Positions 20,643 to 28,973 of a stretch of DNA of 64,000 nt are shown here, piece by piece. A model generated the notes under the pieces. The model saw nothing but the letters and a program-made list of their open reading frames with translations, had not been told where the DNA came from and did not search any database. The translations under genes and the position numbers were made by a program. Each line of letters starts with the position of its first letter. Position 1 is the first letter of the stretch. The stretch comes from a virus (taxonomy: Duplodnaviria > Caudoviricetes): positions 34,185 to 98,184 of the IMG/VR virus record IMGVR_UViG_3300013382_000001; one strand, 5' to 3'.

Positions 20643-21216
20643 ATAACCATGTATTATATATTTTATACCGCTCTTGGATATTTGTCAAGTCAATTTTTAC
20701 AAATGGCAACCACTTTTCTACCATTTTGCAGCAATTCATCTCACAACATCCACACCGATACACACAATTGGGAATCATCATATCGGCAATCAACGGTTCA
20801 ATTTTATGCAACTCATACTTAAACTCTTCCCAAAGTTCCCTTGTTTCTTTACTCGCTTGGAAACACAATCTTTTTCTGCTCGTGTCAATTAAGTGTTGCA
20901 CATTTAACTCACAACGCATAGATACAGGGGAATCTTGGGGTAGAGTATGTCTATCTACCCCTGTCCGATCAGTGCGCTGTGTCTGTACGAACTTTTCCCA
21001 TTTGTGTCGAACAAGATGTGTCGCTACCCATGTTGGAATATTCTCAAAGTCTACGCGAATGATTAAATCACGAATTGGAGAATGTTCGGCGGTCAAGATT
21101 GATTGCTTAAATTTATCACTTGGTTCTTTGGTAAGAGGCGGTTTGCTGACTGTAAATCGACAATCATTAAGTACCTCATTCCATGAGCCTTTTAAGTTAA
21201 TATTAGTTATTTTCAT
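20599..21216 (-). CDS. thyX: Flavin-dependent thymidylate synthase (ThyX-like)
   Basis: EHSPIR, ATHLVRH, RLCFQA..ETR, P.CVYR.GC motifs. Confidence 0.7.
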   Translation of the reverse strand: MKITNINLKGSWNEVLNDCRFTVSKPPLTKEPSDKFKQSILTAEHSPIRDLIIRVDFENIPTWVATHLVRHKWEKFVQTQRTDRTGVDRHTLPQDSPVSMRCELNVQHLIDTSRKRLCFQASKETRELWEEFKYELHKIEPLIADMMIPNCVYRCGCCEMNCCKMVEKWLPFVKIDLTNIQERYKIYNTWLYDKWDKKKGEQNEG

Positions 21217-21464
21217 ATCAATACCTCGCCCTTATGTTCAGACTTATCGTTCTTTTCAAAATGTAAGGTAATATCTATACTACCATCATCATTTTTTACA
21301 ATGTCGTGGTCTGTGATAGTATATAACTTTGACACTCGTTCTGGAATATATTCTTTTGCCCACGAGTAAACTTTAGCAGTACTTGGATTGAGGTCATGGG
21401 TTACAAGAACATAGCCAAGAATAAGAGCAAGGATGATGATAATAATTATTAAGATTTTTTTCAT
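21213..21464 (-). CDS. Small membrane-anchored protein
   Basis: N-terminal hydrophobic helix; GGAGG RBS. Confidence 0.55.
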   Translation of the reverse strand: MKKILIIIIIILALILGYVLVTHDLNPSTAKVYSWAKEYIPERVSKLYTITDHDIVKNDDGSIDITLHFEKNDKSEHKGEVLI

Positions 21465-21474
21465 TTAGACCTCC

Positions 21475-22989
21475 TTAATCGCATTTACTATAGCCACATG
21501 CTTTGCAAAGATTACATCCGCCCTCGAACACTAATGGTTCGCCACATTCTGGGCATATAGGTTTAAGTGGTTTGATGTGTCCTTCTTCGTTGCCATCAAC
21601 ATATTTATCTTCTTCTTGTGTTACAGGGGAACTAATTGTCAATGGTTTTTCTTCGTATTCTTCTAAATCGAAATCTGCAAAACAGCGTTCTTTAATCTTG
21701 TCACATAAGTCCTCTAATGCATATCCAATAGCACTTGGACAACTTGAGCCTTTGCTTGTGTCATGTTTTTTATTAGTACGAGATACATAAGCCGTGCAAG
21801 GTTTAATTGATTTACATTGGTCAATAATATCCTCAACAGACACTCCTGCTCTAAGTGCTAATGACATAAGACGAGAAATAAGTTGAAGATTTCTTTCGCA
21901 TGAGCCGCTAGACCCTACATTGATAAATGTTTCCATTGGCTCACCTGTTAATTCATCAAAATATGTTTCAAAATGAATTGAGCCACAACCTGTTTGCAGC
22001 TTACGCTTCGCACCAATAAGGTCATCAGATACAGATAAAATCGTACCACGAGAAAGTTTTGTCTTGGGTTTTTCGTTTTGTTCTGTTTCTTTGTCATCTT
22101 GAGTTGTCAAAATCCCAAGTCTCTTACATCCATCTCGAAAAATTGTTACACCTTTTAAGCCACAGCTCCAAGCATACAAGTATAGTTCTTCAATCTCTTC
22201 TTGAGTGGTTTCCTTTGGAAGATTTACAGTAGAGCTAATTGCAGTATCAATATGTTTTTGAATAACTGCTTGTGTCTTAATTCTATCTCTCCAATGGATA
22301 TCAGCACTCGACACAAAATAATCTGGGAGTTCACCCATGTTGCCTGTAATTCTGCGATATTCTTTTACAATATTTGAAGCAATTTTATATGATTCATTCA
22401 AATTGTCAGTTCTACGAGTGTAAGATAAAGCGAACTCAGGCTCTATCCCGCCCGAGCCACCGACCATTGTACTAATACTCCCGTTGGGAGCGATAGATAA
22501 AAGAGTACAATTCCTAAAATATAATGCACCTCTTTCTTTTAAATTTTGGGGTGCGTGATTCTGAAATATTCTTGAATTTTGAACTAAATAACCATTAAAT
22601 CTAGGATAGTTACCATTTTTTTCTCCTCTATCATTATTCGATACAATTGCTTCAGCCATCATAAACATGAATAAATCATCTGTAAATCGGATAGCATCCT
22701 CACTGCCATATTTTAAACCTAATGCCATGAGCATATGTGCGTAATTAAATACGCCAAGCCCAATATTTCGCCAATCATAAGCATTTGCCTTATACGTATC
22801 TAATTCTTTTGGTAATCTTGGAGCATTTTCTTCAATAATGTCATCAAGAGCATTTGAAGCAATATTAATGGCTTTTTTAAACTCTACAAAATCAAAGTAA
22901 GCATTAGGTGTAAATTTTTCTTTAACAAATTCATATAGATTCAATGAACCTAAATTACAGCAAGTCTTTGCTTTAAGTGGTTGTTCTCC
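21475..22989 (-). CDS. nrdJ: Class II (B12-dependent) ribonucleotide reductase, exon 2
   Basis: GEQPL..CNLGSLNL, R.IGLG, SIAPNGSIS, SGGIEP, AISSTVNLP; TSCPD-like SSCPSAIG domain; C-terminal CPECG..EGGC..C..CGYSKC. Confidence 0.9.
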   Translation of the reverse strand, partial: GEQPLKAKTCCNLGSLNLYEFVKEKFTPNAYFDFVEFKKAINIASNALDDIIEENAPRLPKELDTYKANAYDWRNIGLGVFNYAHMLMALGLKYGSEDAIRFTDDLFMFMMAEAIVSNNDRGEKNGNYPRFNGYLVQNSRIFQNHAPQNLKERGALYFRNCTLLSIAPNGSISTMVGGSGGIEPEFALSYTRRTDNLNESYKIASNIVKEYRRITGNMGELPDYFVSSADIHWRDRIKTQAVIQKHIDTAISSTVNLPKETTQEEIEELYLYAWSCGLKGVTIFRDGCKRLGILTTQDDKETEQNEKPKTKLSRGTILSVSDDLIGAKRKLQTGCGSIHFETYFDELTGEPMETFINVGSSGSCERNLQLISRLMSLALRAGVSVEDIIDQCKSIKPCTAYVSRTNKKHDTSKGSSCPSAIGYALEDLCDKIKERCFADFDLEEYEEKPLTISSPVTQEEDKYVDGNEEGHIKPLKPICPECGEPLVFEGGCNLCKACGYSKCD

Positions 22990-23889
22990 CAAGTACAACC
23001 ATAAACTTTAGACTATATCTTATCCCTCAACTTTACTTGCTAGGGCAATCGCACTTATAGAGTTTTGAAACTTCCAATCTTCTTCATTCATCCATTTTGG
23101 TCGTTTCTCGTATCCCAGATATAACTTATAAATCATACTTGGAACAATATATGGTTTGATTAAATTTATGAATTTACAATAATCTTTTGTTCTTAATCTG
23201 ATTCTATAACTATTGTTTCTTTTTATTGGACAAAATTCTATATCAAACTTTCTATGTATTTCCTTACATATCATATTTATATTTTCTAAAGAATATCTAT
23301 CTGTGCAAATATCAACTCTTCTATTTTTGATATGTCCACTTTGAATACCTACCAAACAAATATATCCATCTGACATATACCAATTCGCTATTCCGTTTGG
23401 AGTCAACCAATTTATCGCATTTTTTGTTATTATTCTGTGTTTATAGTCATCATAAAAATTATGATATTTTTTTGCGAAATATGGGTGTGCGCTAATAACA
23501 AACTCCCAACTCTCTTTATGGGTGATATTATGCATGTCAGTATAAGATTTATAGTGTTTAATATAGCTATTAAATGTATTACATGAATTAATATCCTCAT
23601 ATAATTTATAAATAAAATCTCTATAAATAGATTTTATCCTAAATGCTCTTTTAGTGACACCAGAATCAATATGTCCATCTCCAATAATCAAACCTGTTAA
23701 ATATCCTTTTAACTCACTTGTATTCATTTGCGTTATAACCTCCTATAACTTTGCTATTTAAACTCTAACTTAGTCGTTGAACCTTATTCTGTATTTCAAC
23801 AGAATCTTGGCTGCTGATTAGCTGTCGCTTTCCAGCAATTCACGATTGATTATTTCATAAAATTACTTTTATGCCGTGCAGATTGGTTT
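22990..23889 (-). mobile_element. Group I intron with homing endonuclease, in nrdJ
   Basis: P1 ccgtgU/gcacgg, P aattgctggaa, Q aatcagcagcc, R ttcaacgacta, S agatatagtct, terminal G. Splicing restores NPC|GEQPL. Confidence 0.92.
23020..23727 (-). CDS. LAGLIDADG homing endonuclease (double motif)
   Basis: YLTGLIIGDGHI and GIANWYMSDGYI; own GGAGG RBS; located between intron elements R and S. Confidence 0.88.
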   Translation of the reverse strand: MNTSELKGYLTGLIIGDGHIDSGVTKRAFRIKSIYRDFIYKLYEDINSCNTFNSYIKHYKSYTDMHNITHKESWEFVISAHPYFAKKYHNFYDDYKHRIITKNAINWLTPNGIANWYMSDGYICLVGIQSGHIKNRRVDICTDRYSLENINMICKEIHRKFDIEFCPIKRNNSYRIRLRTKDYCKFINLIKPYIVPSMIYKLYLGYEKRPKWMNEEDWKFQNSISAIALASKVEG

Positions 23890-24684
23890 ACACGGATTGC
23901 AAGTTTCTATGCTATATTCGTCATCAAACTCTAAGAAATTATGGTTTCTAAATTCATCAACAAAGATACACCCTGGCTCTCCATAATCCCATACAACTTT
24001 CATCATAAGTTTGTATAAGTCAATAGGCACAATATCATATTCTACAATGTGTCCATTGTAATCGTATTTTTTATGGAATGTTTTTACCGTTCCATCATAA
24101 TAATATTCTTGAACAGCTGTCATAAACTCATCATCAATTTCCATAGAAAGATTCGCTTTTGTGACAGCATCTAAATCTGTTTTAAGCTTGATAAAGCTTT
24201 CAGCCTCTTTATGGTTGATGTCTAAGCTAATCATCAATGCACCTTTTCTTGCGCCACCTTGTGAAGTTCCCTTTGTCACAGTATTGAACATTTCAATAAA
24301 TGGGATAATACCATCAGATTCATAATTATCACCGATTTTAGTTCCTTTTGGTCTAAGTTTCGACATTGAGATGCCTTGCCCGCCTTGATATTTAAAAGTA
24401 ATGCCAACTTCTTTTAGGACATCCATAATTCCTGCATAGTCATCTGGAACGTATCCTGCACTGAAGCAATTATAAAAATTTCCACTGTTAGGAATGCCAC
24501 GATTTGCAAGAACTCTTCCTCCAAATAAAAATTTTTTATCCTTGATTAATTGTCTAAGTTTTTCATTGTTACCACTTACCCTATCAAGCCATTTATCGAA
24601 TGTCTCATTGTTATATTGATATTTTTTATGCCAAATATCTTGTCCAATTTGGTTATCTTCTCCTAGCCATTCTTCTATTCTCAT
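23890..24684 (-). CDS. nrdJ: Class II ribonucleotide reductase, exon 1
   Basis: FGGRVLAN, NCF, GGGQG, LRPKG, QGGARKGALM, GEPG; ends at TCNPC. Confidence 0.9.
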
Positions 24685-25253
24685 CTACATCCCTCCAATT
24701 CTCTCGCCACTACTGGGCGAATTTGTGTTTTAATTTTATATGAAACTGCTTGAACGGATATTCCTTTCATTGCAGCAATTTCAACGCAATTATATCCTTG
24801 TCTAAGGAGCTGAAATAATTCTAAGTGAGTGATTTTGCTATTAGAATTATAGACTTTATTGCTTAGCTTCTTTTCGATATTATTAAATGCTTGACTAAGC
24901 TCTAACTGATTATATTGTTTTTCTTCTTCACCATATAATTCTTGCAGTTCAAATTCATCTCCACCTTCGTTCCGCAAAAGTTTATCAAAAGACACTATCT
25001 GGATGTCTTTAGGAGTGGTTTTACGCTTTTGGCTACGAATATATTTATATTTCCCATTATCAAGAGCCTTGCGAACTAATGTAGATAATGCCCCTCTGTT
25101 TGAATCCCATGCACACACAGCATAACAATAATATTCGAGCAAAATATCAAGCCACTCATCTTCATTCAATCCATTATCATATAGATATTTATATACTAAT
25201 TTTATATTATCTTCTGCAATTTTGCGTTGTTCGTCGGTCATTTTTGTTCGCAT
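24681..25253 (-). CDS. Phage sigma-factor-like transcriptional regulator
   Basis: AEDNIKLVY (region 2-like), WDSNRGALST, C-terminal HTH GYNCVEIAAMKGISVQAVS. Confidence 0.7.
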   Translation of the reverse strand: MRTKMTDEQRKIAEDNIKLVYKYLYDNGLNEDEWLDILLEYYCYAVCAWDSNRGALSTLVRKALDNGKYKYIRSQKRKTTPKDIQIVSFDKLLRNEGGDEFELQELYGEEEKQYNQLELSQAFNNIEKKLSNKVYNSNSKITHLELFQLLRQGYNCVEIAAMKGISVQAVSYKIKTQIRPVVARELEGCR

Positions 25254-27607
25254 TATTTCACCTCCTCTGTCAATAATTCTTTAAGCCAAGTATCTCTAAG
25301 TCTTGTTTCATTTACCTTAAGAGCATTGCTAATCGTTGCAACATCACCAATCTCAACCAACATTTCTTTGGCTCTTGTGAGCGACATATAGCATAAATTC
25401 TTTGATAGCATCCGCTGATGACTTGGATGAGTTAAGAAAATAACCCCTTTAGCCTCACATCCTTGACTTGCGTGACTGGTACAAGCATATGAAAGAAGTA
25501 AATTTTCAAGGTCGGATTTACGATATACAATCATTTCTTCGTCAAATTGCACCCATACGTTACCTTTGTTATCAATATCTCGGATAAAGCCAATATCTCC
25601 ATTGTAAATTGTTGCTTCTTCAGGCTGTTGATTGTTTAAGGTTATAAGTTTATCTTCTGCTTCTAAGACTCTTTTATCATTAGCACCAAATTCGACTTTA
25701 AGTCTATCGATATCACCTTGCATTTGAACCGATGTTATCCAATGTCTAAACCCTTCTTCAGTTAAAGCATGATAGTTGTTCTTTTTGTTAATTACTTTGT
25801 CTCCTATATGATAGTTAAGCACCTCCATTGGAACTCCAAGTGACTTTGGCAATTTACGGCTTGCAATATCGTCAATTGGGTCTGCCGGATTATACTTTTT
25901 TTGAATCGCTTGATTGATAGCATAAGTACCGAACTCACCTTTGTTATATGGCGTAAGGATTAGAATATCCTTAGCACGATACTTTTTTCTAAGTTTATCA
26001 TACTCTTCCAAGACTTGTTCAAGTGGGCTATCATTTACTTGAACAAACTTATAATCTTTAATTTTACTTGCATTTTCGCAATTTAACTCGCCTGTACTTG
26101 TAAGGTATTCTTTCCCATTCCGAGCATCTGAGCCAACTGTAGCAATACCCCCAACACCATAACGGAATACCTTTGTGAGTTGCGCACATGGCACAATATG
26201 TGAATCCATAAGGTCTTGAACTAGATTGCCACATTGAATTGAGGCAAGTTGTGCAGAATCAAATACAAGGATGATTTTACTGCAATCTTCAATATTATTA
26301 AGTAGTGTTGAAAATAAGTTTACATCTACCATTGACACCTCATCAATTACAACTACATCTGTATCGATCATTACACCACTTGCTAATTTGCGGTGAATTG
26401 TATTTGCTGCTCGACCTGTTGTTTCGCGAAGACGCTTAGCTGCAATCCCACTTGGAGCAAGAAGAGTGTAAGATTTGTCATTATCTTCAAGTAAGTCAAT
26501 AAGGGCTTTAACAGAACTTGATTTCCCACTACCTGAACTGCCAATCAACATGCTAAAATCATATTTACATATCAGTTCCAAAATACCCATTTGCTCATTA
26601 GTAAGTGTAATACTATCATTGGAACGATACTTTTCAATATCAACACTCCAAATTTGAGCATTGTTGTTTCTATTTTTTATCGTCTGTGCAATATTACATT
26701 CTGATAAATATGTTGCCATGAGCGACAACTTTTTTGCACCTTCATCATAGTAAATTTTAGCACTTTTTTGCACCAAATCTACAATATATTCATTGAGTTT
26801 TGGATTATATTGATTAATTACACTTGCAATATCGGCAGCATCAATTCTTGTGTTACCATCCTCTTCATTACACTCAAGTAGATAACAAGTTAGATACAGA
26901 CATCTCGCTTCAGAATCTTCCCACTTCTCATCGTGTTCACATATTGCCCTATCTGTATTTTGAAAATCTCGCCCAAGTACATCTATCAGTACCTCGTATG
27001 GCTTGTTATCAATCATGTATTGAGCATTTTTAAGCGTTGAATAAGCCGAGCAAAGTTCCCCACATTCCGAAAATGAAAGTGCATAATCGAGGTTATCAAG
27101 GTGGAGTTTATAATATTTAAACCGCTCATTGACCTTATTGATATACCCTTTTAATCGAATCTCGGCTACATTATGGATATTCTTGTAGTCAATTTTATCC
27201 TGTTCACCCATAAGCACTAAACGAATAAAGTTCGGATATGCCTCATGCACATATTGGGCTTGGCTATTAGTCATAAAAGATTTAAGCATTTCAGCTTCTT
27301 GTTCATCGGTCATTTCCTCGATGTCATCTATGTTAAAATCTTCTATCTCTGGGAAGCCTATTAACCAATATTCATAGCCATATGAACCCGTCTTCTCTTC
27401 GATTTCAATAGTGTATTCCTCTCCCACCTCAAGCAGGCTCAAATCACCTTTTAACGTAAAATTCCCATACTTATTGAGGTGTATCTTATCCATATCTGTA
27501 TTAGCTGGCACACACCCATAGATAGAGAATGTACCATCTGCATTTGTAAATACATTGCGTACTACTTTACAACGGATTTTTATTTTCATGTCTACTCCTT
27601 TCTCCAT
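25253..27607 (-). CDS. RecD2-like SF1B helicase
   Basis: GSSGSGKS, LAPSGIAAKRL, DEVSMVD, LTKVFR, GDKVI, NGDIG, YACTSHASQGCE, Y..LTRAK. Confidence 0.88.
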   Translation of the reverse strand: MEKGVDMKIKIRCKVVRNVFTNADGTFSIYGCVPANTDMDKIHLNKYGNFTLKGDLSLLEVGEEYTIEIEEKTGSYGYEYWLIGFPEIEDFNIDDIEEMTDEQEAEMLKSFMTNSQAQYVHEAYPNFIRLVLMGEQDKIDYKNIHNVAEIRLKGYINKVNERFKYYKLHLDNLDYALSFSECGELCSAYSTLKNAQYMIDNKPYEVLIDVLGRDFQNTDRAICEHDEKWEDSEARCLYLTCYLLECNEEDGNTRIDAADIASVINQYNPKLNEYIVDLVQKSAKIYYDEGAKKLSLMATYLSECNIAQTIKNRNNNAQIWSVDIEKYRSNDSITLTNEQMGILELICKYDFSMLIGSSGSGKSSSVKALIDLLEDNDKSYTLLAPSGIAAKRLRETTGRAANTIHRKLASGVMIDTDVVVIDEVSMVDVNLFSTLLNNIEDCSKIILVFDSAQLASIQCGNLVQDLMDSHIVPCAQLTKVFRYGVGGIATVGSDARNGKEYLTSTGELNCENASKIKDYKFVQVNDSPLEQVLEEYDKLRKKYRAKDILILTPYNKGEFGTYAINQAIQKKYNPADPIDDIASRKLPKSLGVPMEVLNYHIGDKVINKKNNYHALTEEGFRHWITSVQMQGDIDRLKVEFGANDKRVLEAEDKLITLNNQQPEEATIYNGDIGFIRDIDNKGNVWVQFDEEMIVYRKSDLENLLLSYACTSHASQGCEAKGVIFLTHPSHQRMLSKNLCYMSLTRAKEMLVEIGDVATISNALKVNETRLRDTWLKELLTEEVK

Positions 27608-27615
27608 CTATGGGT

Positions 27616-27644
27616 AGTATAACATAGGTCTAAGAGTGTGTCAA
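27616..27644 (-). promoter_or_regulatory. SigA-type promoter
   Basis: TTGACA-17 nt-TATACT. Confidence 0.75.
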
Positions 27645-27647
27645 GTG

Positions 27648-28955
27648 TTATTTTTCAAAATCTACTCTTTCTAATGCTTTTTCAAAGGCACCGATTCCAC
27701 TAAATAAACTTATGACATTCATCCCTGTTATAAAGTCATTAGGATAAGCATCGTGTAAACATTTGTATATCTCTTCAAGCACATTTACGACAATAGAGTT
27801 ACCTGCTTGTTTGTAGAGCTGTGAATTACTATTAACCTTTTTGGCTCTCTCAAAGTCCTCATCGCTAAATACCATAAGTCTATAACATTCTTTTGGAGTA
27901 AGTTTACGGATTCGGAAATCTTTTGGCGTTAATACTTTGGGTTGTCTATTTCCACCTTCCATTGTGTTAAGTGTTGGGGATAAACCATCTGAACCATAAA
28001 CCCTACGAATCTGCTCATTTCCCTTTATATCTAATAATCCAAGCATTTGAATTTTATTATGCTCATTTTCACATAATTCACTCACACTAAATGCTGACTT
28101 ATTTGTATCTATCTGTGGTGTATTGATAAAAAACTGGTCTACTTTATCTTGTTTAATGTAGTACCTCTCTTCAACCTCATTTTCAAGAAAATCTCTTAAT
28201 CTTAATCCATTATCAAAAGGTTTCGGGAATAAACTCGTATCATTTCTATCATAATACTTATTATGTGTGATGTGTCCTGTATAATTTTGGTTATTATCAA
28301 CATCTTCACGCACAGAAATAGCATAAATACGCTCTCTATTCTGTGGAATATCATAATTTTTCGCATTTAACACTTGATAATAAGTATTATACCCCATATT
28401 TTTCATCTCATCAACATAAGTATCAAATACAGGTTTGTGTTTTTTAGATAAGACATTTTTAACGTTCTCCCAAATAACGAATTTTGGTTTACAATGTCTG
28501 ATAATCTCGACCGAATTCCATAAGAGGCTTGAACGAGTTCCAGAACTCTTTACTCCACCATGCTGCTTACCGGAAATTGAAAAACTTTGACAAGGCGATC
28601 CGTGTGTAATCAAGTCAATATTGGTTGGCAGTTTATCAATATCAATCTGTGTAATATCACCAAGATTTAATCTTTCATCTACTCCATGTATAGCACAATA
28701 ACTCTTTACCGCATACTTATCAAATTCACAAAAATTCACTAAATTATAATTCATTTTATACTCCTTATATTCTTTTTTATTATCTTTGCCATTTGTATGA
28801 CTATCTTTTAGGAGTACCCCCCCCCCCCCCGAGCAGCATATCCCACCACAGTTTGCTGTAGTTAGTGTAGTACAAATACCATGAGATAAATCAATTAAAT
28901 CATATGGCGCAAACACACTTGGAATTTTGCCATACTTATCTATCATTTCTTTCAT
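27648..28955 (-). CDS. Circularly permuted C5-cytosine DNA methyltransferase (internal start 28754), with poly-G-linked N-terminal module
   Basis: Motifs II (FCEFD), IV (GSPCQSFS), VI (WENV), VIII (QNRERIY), IX (RKLTPKEC), X (KQAGNS), then motif I (SLFSGIGAFE) at the C-terminus. AAGGAG RBS precedes MNYNL. Confidence 0.88.
   Translation of the reverse strand: MKEMIDKYGKIPSVFAPYDLIDLSHGICTTLTTANCGGICCSGGGGVLLKDSHTNGKDNKKEYKEYKMNYNLVNFCEFDKYAVKSYCAIHGVDERLNLGDITQIDIDKLPTNIDLITHGSPCQSFSISGKQHGGVKSSGTRSSLLWNSVEIIRHCKPKFVIWENVKNVLSKKHKPVFDTYVDEMKNMGYNTYYQVLNAKNYDIPQNRERIYAISVREDVDNNQNYTGHITHNKYYDRNDTSLFPKPFDNGLRLRDFLENEVEERYYIKQDKVDQFFINTPQIDTNKSAFSVSELCENEHNKIQMLGLLDIKGNEQIRRVYGSDGLSPTLNTMEGGNRQPKVLTPKDFRIRKLTPKECYRLMVFSDEDFERAKKVNSNSQLYKQAGNSIVVNVLEEIYKCLHDAYPNDFITGMNVISLFSGIGAFEKALERVDFEK
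28817..28830 (-). repeat. G14 homopolymer (coding strand)
   Basis: C14 on + strand. Confidence 0.9.
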
Positions 28956-28973
28956 CTTTCTTTCAATCCATAT

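Noticed and set aside
22990-22998. Independent start for the RNR C-terminal half
   Set aside because: The catalytic NPCGE motif is completed only by splicing; the MYL residues are intron sequence.
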